Of a stretch of 41,701 bases of DNA, positions 34,562 through 41,701 are shown in pieces. The notes under the pieces are model-generated. The model searched no databases. It saw nothing but the letters and a program-made list of their open reading frames with translations, and had not been told where the DNA came from. Source of the stretch: a virus (Duplodnaviria > Caudoviricetes); IMG/VR virus record IMGVR_UViG_3300024232_000007, positions 1-41,701 of that record; one strand, written 5' to 3'. The translations under genes were made by a program, and so were the position numbers. Position 1 is the stretch's first letter. Each line of letters opens with the position of its first letter.

Positions 34562-34839
34562 CCACCATCCCCCTTCCCGTCGTCGAATTTTGCGAGGGCT
34601 GCTGTCAGTGCAAGCACAATCTGAAAATGCATGGCCTGCTGTTCTGTAACTTCACTGCTCGTTATTTGCTCCGCGCCGAGAACCTCGAGCGCCGCTCTCG
34701 CCGCCTCCACCAACTCCTGGACCGCCGCTCGCTCGCGGAGTGCTGCGATGGCGAGCTCCATAGATCCAACTTCGCATCCCAAGGCCCGCCAGTAGCGTAT
34801 ATCGTGCTCGAGTGCCTTAATCGCTTCTTCGTTCGTCAT
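34558..34839 (-). CDS. Hypothetical helical protein
   Basis: MTNEEAIKALE; ATGA coupling. Confidence 0.7.
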   Translation of the reverse strand: MTNEEAIKALEHDIRYWRALGCEVGSMELAIAALRERAAVQELVEAARAALEVLGAEQITSSEVTEQQAMHFQIVLALTAALAKFDDGKGDGG

Positions 34840-35012
34840 GGATTGCCTTTCTCCCGCTGTATCGCGTCGTAAACTTCTTTGCGGTGCACTTCGATGTCTT
34901 TCGGGGCATCGATTCCGATGCGGATCTTGTCGCCCTGGAATGACACAACCGTTATCACGATGGTGTCGCCGACCATGATTTGTTCATTCTTCTTCCGGCT
35001 GAGTACGAGCAT
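34836..35012 (-). CDS. csrA: Carbon storage regulator CsrA/RsmA (58 aa)
   Basis: MLVLSRKKNEQIMVGDTIVITVVSFQGDKIRIGIDAPKDIEVHRKEVYDAIQRE; below the ORF-track size cutoff. Confidence 0.95.
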   Translation of the reverse strand: MLVLSRKKNEQIMVGDTIVITVVSFQGDKIRIGIDAPKDIEVHRKEVYDAIQREKGNP

Positions 35013-35241
35013 TGAGCATCCTTTCTAGCTGTTCATCCGTTAAAACGCGTTCACTCCGCCCGTCCTGGTACGCACAAATCCACATCCACTGCTCCGCGTT
35101 CTTGAAATCAATCGGCACGCCTGGCCCACTGCTGAGCTTCCCGAGGCTGGCATGATTCCTGCGGGAGTACACCCGGCCCGAGCCTTGGCAGTGCATCAGG
35201 TCTGGAGTGAGGGTCAGGTAGATGTGGGTTAGCGGGTCCAT
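34984..35241 (-). CDS. Hypothetical protein
   Basis: TAATG coupling. Confidence 0.55.
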   Translation of the reverse strand: MDPLTHIYLTLTPDLMHCQGSGRVYSRRNHASLGKLSSGPGVPIDFKNAEQWMWICAYQDGRSERVLTDEQLERMLNARTQPEEE

Positions 35242-35681
35242 TAGCTTGCCTCAATCATTGCGTCCATTGCGATTCCAGAATCGGTTAGCTCCCATTTCCA
35301 CGGTGGCTTGTCCTGCTGTTTCAAATAGGGGAAATCTACTTCCATGCGATCAAAGCGATTAACTTGATATTCGTGGCGTCCAGCCGACTTTCCTTTCCCA
35401 TTCAGAATGCGAACCACTTCCGCCCAACGGCTACCAGATAGACCGTAATCCCAAGGAAAAAATGGCGGCTTGCGGCCGACGCTTGGGCCAGGGTGAACGA
35501 TGCGATAGCCTAGGTTTTTGATAGCGCTCCCAATCACATCATCTATTGTTCCTGAAACCATGTTTATAGGCTTGCCTTCACCATCAAGATGGTACGCCAC
35601 TACGGCGCCGTGGTTGTCTATATGAAGCAAGTAAGAACGAAATCCCTTGCCGTCTGTGAACATATTTGGGAAAAAACTCAC
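35241..35681 (-). CDS. Hypothetical protein
   Basis: GTGA coupling at 35678-35681; somewhat AT-richer than its neighbours. Confidence 0.55.
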   Translation of the reverse strand: MSFFPNMFTDGKGFRSYLLHIDNHGAVVAYHLDGEGKPINMVSGTIDDVIGSAIKNLGYRIVHPGPSVGRKPPFFPWDYGLSGSRWAEVVRILNGKGKSAGRHEYQVNRFDRMEVDFPYLKQQDKPPWKWELTDSGIAMDAMIEAS

Positions 35682-36181
35682 GTGAGCCACTCCACGACGA
35701 TAAGCTTCCGCGAGATCACGCCGCCCTTCACTTCTTGCACTTTCCACGGCAGCCTTGGCGACCACCGTGCCAACCACCAAGTGAGATTCGGCCACTTCTG
35801 CGAGCATTGCCGCAACTTCATTCGGGTCAGGCTTTCGCTCGTCATTCTGCGGCCTTTGGTTTCGACGTAGATGATTCGGCCATCCCAGCAACTGAGCATA
35901 AAGTCAGGCTGATACGTCGTGTTGCCGTCAAGGGGCAACGGGGTCGGTTGATGCGTGTAACTCATCAACTCATTGGCGCTTGGCAATGCCTTCAAAAACT
36001 CCCGCTCGGGCTCGCTGGGGCCTTTGGGCTTGGGAATAGTCCTCCCATAATAATCTCGGCCTTCCGCAATCAATTGGGCATCCACGTGTCCTCCGATGGT
36101 TCCAGGCTTTCCGATTTCCGCGCTAAAGTGCCTCCGCACAAACGCAGCATCAGCCGGGCTCATCGCTTCGAGGTCAATCAC
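35678..36181 (-). CDS. PD-(D/E)xK nuclease (DUF1064-like)
   Basis: YQPDFML..IYVETKG motif. Confidence 0.75.
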   Translation of the reverse strand: MIDLEAMSPADAAFVRRHFSAEIGKPGTIGGHVDAQLIAEGRDYYGRTIPKPKGPSEPEREFLKALPSANELMSYTHQPTPLPLDGNTTYQPDFMLSCWDGRIIYVETKGRRMTSESLTRMKLRQCSQKWPNLTWWLARWSPRLPWKVQEVKGGVISRKLIVVEWLT

Positions 36182-36423
36182 GATTCCCCTCCCCCGCTCA
36201 GCGGAATCTCAAGCTCGTCTTCATCGGGCGCAAATATCGCCTCAACCAATGCTTGATCAACGGCAGACAATGGGACGGGCTTTCCGTCTTTCATCAATAG
36301 CCATTTGGGTTGCCTGTTCAGTAATGCCCACAGTCGCGCCTGCTCTTTCCGCGACTTGTCGAGCTCTGTTTCAAGCTCTTCGATGTACTTCTCCATCACT
36401 CCGACAGCCTGATCATGGTGCAT
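36178..36423 (-). CDS. Hypothetical coiled-coil protein
   Basis: Coupled ORF with a GGAGG RBS. Confidence 0.6.
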   Translation of the reverse strand: MHHDQAVGVMEKYIEELETELDKSRKEQARLWALLNRQPKWLLMKDGKPVPLSAVDQALVEAIFAPDEDELEIPLSGGGES

Positions 36424-36886
36424 CCGTCACCCCTCCCCCCGGCAGTTCATCTGTATCCTCCGGGTCGCCTGCGAAATCAAATAGCTCGTCCATGCTGGTC
36501 GCGATACAATCGACCATCTTGTACATCAGCTCGGGCTCTTGCTGATCCATCATGAGGATGCACGTGCGCTTGCCGGCTCCGACACACCAACCCATTTCGA
36601 TGTGAGCCGAACGACCACAAGGCAACACGAGAACGCACGAATCGGCCCACTTCATCGCGTCGAAGTCGCTGGTAAAACCGGATTCGGCAATCGGATTAGC
36701 GAGCGATCGTCGGTATGCGTTCGGCGTCCATTGCTTCCAGTCTCCGTCAATGGCTGACCAGTGGAACCCGTTGTCACCCGGCTTTGGGTTCTTGAAGTCG
36801 TAGACCTCGTGGCCCAGCGCTCGAAGCGCGGCAACAATGCCGGGCTGGGCCAAATTTCTCCACGACGACGCAACATAGATTTTCAT
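36413..36886 (-). CDS. Nucleoside 2-deoxyribosyltransferase-like protein
   Basis: MKIYVASSWRN..GHEVYDF..DFDAMKWAD.CVLVLPCGRSAHIEMG. Confidence 0.8.
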   Translation of the reverse strand: MKIYVASSWRNLAQPGIVAALRALGHEVYDFKNPKPGDNGFHWSAIDGDWKQWTPNAYRRSLANPIAESGFTSDFDAMKWADSCVLVLPCGRSAHIEMGWCVGAGKRTCILMMDQQEPELMYKMVDCIATSMDELFDFAGDPEDTDELPGGGVTDAP

Positions 36887-37188
36887 TTCGACTCTTCTCC
36901 TTCTAGGGGAATCTCTCCGGTATCCTCCGGATCGCTGGGCAGCCCGTGGTTTTCCAGGCACCGCACCGCAAGGGCCGCGATGCGGAGAACGTTGAGCGTG
37001 CTGGCTTCTACCCGCACGATTTGATAGATAAAATCCAACTCGTCATCGAGCGAAAACGGCGCCGAGCAGTCTCGGTCCTGCTTTGCCCGCTCGCGGCCTA
37101 TCGCGGCGAATACGTGGCTTTGTTTGACTGGCATTGTTTCCCCCAATCGTTTCGCGTCACGCACCACCCAACGCAGTAAAGTTTTCAC
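36883..37188 (-). CDS. MazG-like (all-alpha NTP-PPase) related protein, possibly degenerate
   Basis: VFAAIGRERAKQD...RIAALAVRCLENHG pattern; acidic EE motif not evident. Confidence 0.45.
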   Translation of the reverse strand: MKTLLRWVVRDAKRLGETMPVKQSHVFAAIGRERAKQDRDCSAPFSLDDELDFIYQIVRVEASTLNVLRIAALAVRCLENHGLPSDPEDTGEIPLEGEESK

Positions 37189-37415
37189 GCCTCGCCCTCC
37201 CTCACAAACCGAAACCGATTCGCCGTGCCTCGCTTAGGCAAGCACCCCTCGCACAGCTCGATCTTCGGGCCATACTTGAAAGTGCCGGCTCCAATCTGGA
37301 CGACCCAGACGCCTTCCGTTGCGCCGCAGCGGCATCGCGTGCCGGGCACGACGCCTTTGCGGCGTTCGGCCCTTTTCCTGAGCATTACGGATTTTCGGTT
37401 CGTCTGGAGCGTCAC
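37185..37415 (-). CDS. Basic Zn-finger-like protein
   Basis: CRCG..LCEGC; GTGA coupling. Confidence 0.55.
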   Translation of the reverse strand: MTLQTNRKSVMLRKRAERRKGVVPGTRCRCGATEGVWVVQIGAGTFKYGPKIELCEGCLPKRGTANRFRFVREGEA

Positions 37416-37702
37416 TTCCCCTCCAGTTCCGCCACGCGGGCCTGGGCGGCTTCCAGGGCATCGGCCCAGCGGCAAGCAATTTCACGCTCCACCGAGCCTT
37501 CGCGGCGAAAGTTTCGCATCTCCCGCACAACCTCCCCCGCCTCCCTCTCAGGCTGGGAGAGAATTTGGCGCGCGATCTGATCGATGCGGTTCCTTGCGAT
37601 CCAGGTAATGCGTCGACTCTCTGGATTGCTCTCATCGTATTCGTCTATCCATGCTTTGCGGTACGCCATCACCGCTTCCGCCAGCTCCCGTTCGATTCCC
37701 AT
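37412..37702 (-). CDS. Hypothetical helical protein
   Basis: GGGGGAG RBS. Confidence 0.65.
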   Translation of the reverse strand: MGIERELAEAVMAYRKAWIDEYDESNPESRRITWIARNRIDQIARQILSQPEREAGEVVREMRNFRREGSVEREIACRWADALEAAQARVAELEGK

Positions 37703-37736
37703 AACTCCCCCTTAAAAATCGCTGCCCCTTCGCGGG

Positions 37737-38780
37737 TCAGTCAAACAACGGAAAGTGCTCTGCCTTCTGGACCCGCGGAACGATCTGATGAGGCCTTTCC
37801 AACCGTCTCGTTCCCAGCCTGCATTGACTCATCCTCAGATCCAGGCCTATGCCGTGCCGACCGTGCGCATTCGCCACGCTGACGGTTGTGCCACTCCCCG
37901 AGAATGGGTCGAGTACGGTTCCGCCAGGCGGACAGAGCGATCTGACGAACCACTCGGCTAGCTCTGCGGGGAACGGCGCTTCGTTCTCATGGGCCCCATC
38001 CCAGCCGAGCTGGCCGCCGCCCGTCGTGGTTTTGATCAGGCATCCTGGATTCGCGATGGCTGGCGGTACGTAGTTCCATTCCCCGCGCTCGTCGCCTTCT
38101 GCCCAAACGCTTGAATCTCGCGGGCTCATCGTCTTGCCGAGGCCTTGTGCCACTGCCGCCTTGCGACGGCCCCCGGCTTCGGCGCGGGTTTCGATTCGGT
38201 GGCTAGGCTTAACCGTTCGTTTCTTCAGAACCCCGTCGGGCCCGCGATCTGACTGATTCTCGTGACCGCCCCACTGATTACACCGCGTCCCGTCGCTCAT
38301 CCTGTGCGACATCTCGCCCCCTGGCGCCCACTTGGGCGGATGCCCCATCGCGGTATTGTCGGTCCACGGCAGCGGGCCCGAGCGCTTGAAGCACATCGCG
38401 TACTCCACGTCAGCCCTGAACCACTGGTCGCCGCCAGACCCGCTGATTCCCACCCGATGCCAGAAACAAGGCCTATACGCGGATCCGCCACGCTTGAACC
38501 ACTCCCACATGAGCCCCTCGCAAGCCGGCTGGTAGTTCCGGTCTCGCGTCGGGCCCCAAGCGATCCATACGACGCAGCCACGACTAACCCGCAAGGCCTC
38601 TTCTGTGGCGGCCAGCATCCACGCCACCCACCCGTCTGTGTCGCGGCTGATGCCCAGATCAATCCCGGCCTCGAGGTACAGCCGAGCATCAGTGTAGGGG
38701 GGCGATCCGAATACCAGATCGACTGACTGATCGGGCAGCGGTATCGCTGCGGCATCTGCTTTTGCGAATAAATGGCTCAC
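37737..38780 (-). CDS. Orphan DNA methyltransferase (N4C/N6A, beta class)
   Basis: SPPY catalytic motif; HENEAPFP and VLDPFSGSGTT SAM-binding motif. Confidence 0.92.
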   Translation of the reverse strand: MSHLFAKADAAAIPLPDQSVDLVFGSPPYTDARLYLEAGIDLGISRDTDGWVAWMLAATEEALRVSRGCVVWIAWGPTRDRNYQPACEGLMWEWFKRGGSAYRPCFWHRVGISGSGGDQWFRADVEYAMCFKRSGPLPWTDNTAMGHPPKWAPGGEMSHRMSDGTRCNQWGGHENQSDRGPDGVLKKRTVKPSHRIETRAEAGGRRKAAVAQGLGKTMSPRDSSVWAEGDERGEWNYVPPAIANPGCLIKTTTGGGQLGWDGAHENEAPFPAELAEWFVRSLCPPGGTVLDPFSGSGTTVSVANAHGRHGIGLDLRMSQCRLGTRRLERPHQIVPRVQKAEHFPLFD

Positions 38781-38860
38781 GCTAGCTCCCCATTGCCTGA
38801 GATGGTTTCTATGCGGAACATGGCATGCTCAAATAAAGGGCCGTCCATGGCCACGCGGGG

Positions 38861-39619
38861 TCAGGGGCTGCCGTAGTAAAAATAGACGCCTTCCGTCAGC
38901 GACCACTTGAACGCGCAGTGCAAATCCTCCATCGCTGCCTGCTGAGCCGCCTCGATCTCGTCGGGGAACGGGATCAGCCGGAAAGTCGCTTCCGCGGCAT
39001 CAACGTCTACCGTGCAGCGGATCGGGTAGCAGTCCCGCACACCGGCCGTTTTGAAAACGGGAACGCTAAGCGTCACCACTTCCGGGATGTCTCCCTCTGT
39101 CGCGTTGACGGCAGCGTTGATCGTCTTGCCGAGCGATTCCTTTTTGCGGTCGACGGTTCCGGCCGTCGTAGAGCCGGTCTCGAACTTGACGCACTTCACG
39201 ATGTTCAGGAGCGCCCCCGGATCAAGACAGCCCGCCAGGTCGATCCTGAGCATCTTGACGAACTGCTTCTGGTTGAAGCAGGTGCGGCCTCGCAATGCCT
39301 TGGCGAACGTGAATGCATCCGACTCTTCAAGAGCCATTGTCGCCTTTTCGCAACGGTGCCCGTCGTCGTCGATCACCAGGACGATCGCGGCTTCGTCGAA
39401 CCAGATAACCGCCGGCGGACCGAACCGGTTTGCCAGTTCGATAATCTCTCGGAGTGCGCCCGACGAATGGGCTCGCGGTGGCTTTGGATTGGGTAAAATC
39501 ACCTGGCCGCCGTGCCATAGGTATGATGCCTGTCGTGGCCCTGACGCCTCTTCGATCTTCGCCGGCGCGACCGCCTCTTGGGCCAACTTGCTCAGATATT
39601 TCAACGCACTAAGAATCAT
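38861..39619 (-). CDS. Conserved phage protein (DUF2303/YfdQ-like)
   Basis: FNQKQFVKMLR, IPEVVTLSVPVF and terminal YYGSP motifs. Confidence 0.6.
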   Translation of the reverse strand: MILSALKYLSKLAQEAVAPAKIEEASGPRQASYLWHGGQVILPNPKPPRAHSSGALREIIELANRFGPPAVIWFDEAAIVLVIDDDGHRCEKATMALEESDAFTFAKALRGRTCFNQKQFVKMLRIDLAGCLDPGALLNIVKCVKFETGSTTAGTVDRKKESLGKTINAAVNATEGDIPEVVTLSVPVFKTAGVRDCYPIRCTVDVDAAEATFRLIPFPDEIEAAQQAAMEDLHCAFKWSLTEGVYFYYGSP

Positions 39620-39969
39620 TCGTCCTCATCCTCTGGCAACATCGTCGCCTGGTTAACGTTGTCGGGGCTGTCTTCATTGAAAACGAACATGCCGCCGCTC
39701 TTGGCCTGACGCACTCCGAGGCTGCGAGCCTTGGTGACGTAGGCAGGAAAGACGGCCTTGGCGTGGAGCTGGCACTTGGCTTCGCTGCATGTCATGTCGT
39801 CTTCAAGAACGGGCGTAATCTCGAACGTCAGGGTAACCTTGCGGACGGTTTGATCCGCCGGCCTGTCGATACAGTCAAGGGCTGCGCGGTTCAGTAATTT
39901 CTCAACCGCAGCCGCGCCGCCGGGGTCGAGATTTCGCACGGAATCAAGGGACAGCTTTTACAGGTTCAT
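39616..39969 (-). CDS. Partner protein of the DUF2303-like gene; in-frame TAA at codon 4 (or start at GTG 39939)
   Basis: RKVTLTFEITP motif; AAAGGAA-ATG AAC CTG TAA AAG CTG TCC CTT GAT TCC GTG. Confidence 0.6.
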
Positions 39970-40038
39970 GGGTTCCTTTCGGGGTTAGGGTTAACCTCTC
40001 ATCTCAGCCATCGCATCAATCGCCTTCGTTGGCTTGGC

Positions 40039-40215
40039 TCACGACTTCTCCGGTTCTTTCCACTCGGGCTTGATGATCACAGGTGTTCCGCTTTCTGCGT
40101 CGCGCTGGTCGGATTCGTTGGCGAACTTGATGAGCCATAAGCGCTCGCCGCTGTATGTCGGGATGCCTACAAGGCTGGCGAACACTACTCGGGTTTTGGT
40201 GGTCGTGGTGGTCAT
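40039..40215 (-). CDS. Hypothetical protein (58 aa)
   Basis: MTTTTTKTRVVFASL...EPEKS*; ATGA coupling; not in the ORF track. Confidence 0.55.
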   Translation of the reverse strand: MTTTTTKTRVVFASLVGIPTYSGERLWLIKFANESDQRDAESGTPVIIKPEWKEPEKS

Positions 40216-40649
40216 GAAGACCTCATTCGGTCAAGCGCCTCTCGCAGTCCCCTTGGAAGGTTAGCGAGCTCGACTTTCGTCATGGGTTCCTGTGAAGGGT
40301 CGTCGGTCTGCCACTCGGGATAACGGCCCCCAGTTACGTCGTACAGGTCCGCCACTTTCACGAATTCATCCTTCGACGACTCTTTATGCAAGAACATCAT
40401 CTTGCGGCCCGCAGCACAGACGCAGTGAGCAACTGTCCGCATGACTTTCCGCTTGTAGCCTCGATAGCCGTCAAAGACGTCTATGACGGGTTCTCCCGTA
40501 TAATTGATATGGAAAATCGTTGCCCAACCTCCGCCAGAGCAGAACGGGCAGTCGTGCGATTTGCTCGCCGCAGCGCCCATGCTGTCCCGGCTGATGTCGT
40601 CGCCAGGGCGGTCGCGGCCAGCATCGTCGAATTCGTCGTGTAGCCTCAT
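40212..40649 (-). CDS. Zn-finger protein downstream of the replication initiator
   Basis: CPFCSGGGW...HCVCAAG motif. Confidence 0.7.
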   Translation of the reverse strand: MRLHDEFDDAGRDRPGDDISRDSMGAAASKSHDCPFCSGGGWATIFHINYTGEPVIDVFDGYRGYKRKVMRTVAHCVCAAGRKMMFLHKESSKDEFVKVADLYDVTGGRYPEWQTDDPSQEPMTKVELANLPRGLREALDRMRSS

Positions 40650-41566
40650 GCCTTAGCCTTCCGTGATGCGATAAGCTCTTGGTATTTCCGTTCGTCGGCA
40701 TCTCTCTGCTCTTGGGAGCGCGGGTCGGGAGCCGGGTCGCTTGGGGCGTGAGCGGCCTTGGCGGCTGCGTGGCCGTTGCGCTGAGACTGAATAGGGAATA
40801 GCCCCTGCCATGAATGCAGGATCGATTGCTGAAGGACGGCAGACGGGGCGTGCCCAGATCTCTGAAGCTCCTGGAGTTTTGCGACGGCGAGCTGTCGGGC
40901 TCGGTTGCTCATCGGCTTGCGGATCTTGCGGCGCATCTCCTCGTAATCTAGCCAGTCATTCCCGTTGATTGAATCAGGCAAAATAAAAGCCGGCTCGCCC
41001 GGCGACTTTTTGGTGGGGGGGATTAAGGGGGGAGATAAGAGGGGGAGTGTGAGGGGGGGAAAAGAGGGGGCATCAAGGGGGGCACCTTTTTGAGCGCTCA
41101 CCGAGCGCTCGGTGAGCGCTCGCTCTACGTTCCCATTCCGTTCCTCAGAACGTTCCCCGGAACGTTCCCTTTCCCGCTCCTTGAATCGCCGCGTTCTCTC
41201 AGTTACGTCGTCACTCTTTGGTTGACGCCTCTCCCATCCATGAATCCTAAGCTGTTTCGTGTTCACGTCTTGCTCTAAGAATCCGCTAGACAGAAAGAAT
41301 TCGACCATCCGCGTAACCGTTTTCGACCTCACCCGTAGGTGGATCGCTATTTGTCGCTCAGATGGAAGGCTTCCTCTTTCCGATTGTCGGGAGGAAATGG
41401 CCAGAAGTCCGACGTAATACCACCTGAATTCGAGCGAAAGTTGGAGCACTTTCGGGTCGTCAATGATCGAATCGTAAACCCGAAACCAGTCCACAAGGCT
41501 GCGCCTCAAAAGAAGGTGAAGAAGTAAGGCCGTCCGTGGCCACCCGCGTGTCGGCGCGGGGTTCAT
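40646..41566 (-). CDS. Replication initiator (lambda O/replisome organiser-like)
   Basis: WFRVYDSIIDDPK, IHGWERRQ and C-terminal WLDYEEMRRKIRKP..VLQQSILHSWQGLF motifs. Confidence 0.8.
   Translation of the reverse strand: MNPAPTRGWPRTALLLHLLLRRSLVDWFRVYDSIIDDPKVLQLSLEFRWYYVGLLAISSRQSERGSLPSERQIAIHLRVRSKTVTRMVEFFLSSGFLEQDVNTKQLRIHGWERRQPKSDDVTERTRRFKERERERSGERSEERNGNVERALTERSVSAQKGAPLDAPSFPPLTLPLLSPPLIPPTKKSPGEPAFILPDSINGNDWLDYEEMRRKIRKPMSNRARQLAVAKLQELQRSGHAPSAVLQQSILHSWQGLFPIQSQRNGHAAAKAAHAPSDPAPDPRSQEQRDADERKYQELIASRKAKA
41015..41169. promoter_or_regulatory. Candidate replication origin inside the initiator gene
   Basis: GAACGTTCCC-type iterons, a perfect 30-bp palindrome at 41092-41121 and six G-runs. 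Confidence 0.55.
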
Positions 41567-41574
41567 CGTGATTC

Positions 41575-41701
41575 CATTTCATCCTCGCTCGGAAACATCG
41601 CCTGGAGTTCTTCCAGGCTGTAATCCGGCGAATCACAGTCGCAGTCCTCGTTATCAGATCCATCGATGGCCACCATCGCTCCGCAGCCACCACGGCACCG
41701 C
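41575..41701. repeat. Terminal direct repeat, copy 2
   Basis: Identical to bases 1-127. Confidence 0.97.

Noticed and set aside
37737-38780. Restriction-modification system
   Set aside because: No adjacent restriction enzyme; orphan methylases are common in phages.
38777-38848. 23-aa ORF MDGPLFEHAMFRIETISGNGELA coupled to the methylase
   Set aside because: Too short and lacks a clear RBS; cannot be supported.
41575-41701. Biological terminal repeat
   Set aside because: 127 bp equals a common assembler k-mer length and the repeat falls mid-ORF, so it is most likely a circular assembly overlap.
1-41701. CRISPR array, tRNA genes, DGR/retron, IS elements, alternative genetic code
   Set aside because: By eye I found no repeat-spacer array, cloverleaf, reverse transcriptase or transposase. 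All three stop codons end coupled genes. A tRNAscan/Infernal run would be needed to exclude small RNAs.

Overview
This window looks like a complete, circular temperate tailed-phage genome. Bases 1-127 are repeated exactly at 41575-41701, giving about 41,574 bp of unique sequence, and one ORF reads through the junction. The style of the CsrA, the integrase N-terminus and the signal peptides suggests a Planctomycetota host (inference). Almost all genes lie on the minus strand. The early operon runs from a ribbon-helix-helix regulator through YqaJ exonuclease, a RecT-like annealase, a replication initiator with an internal ori, a DNA methylase, MazG-like and NDT-like proteins, a nuclease, CsrA and Xis. 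A convergent tyrosine integrase and a candidate attP follow. Next comes a cluster of secreted and membrane proteins (trypsin-like protease, CAP protein, TM peptides) where a lysis module would be expected, then terminase, portal, scaffold, capsid, neck and tail genes, and a phage sigma factor. The most notable candidate system is a duplicated gpG/Phage_tail_S-type virion morphogenesis gene. One copy is fused to a C-terminal HExxH metallopeptidase and is flanked by two small candidate immunity genes, one of them an antisense leaderless gene. This resembles a MuF-style polymorphic toxin carried on a non-MuF virion protein. Other oddities are a capsid protein with an inserted fibre-like domain, no recognisable endolysin or tail chaperone, an all-RHH genetic switch, and several broken early genes. 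All assignments come from reading motifs by eye; no searches were run.
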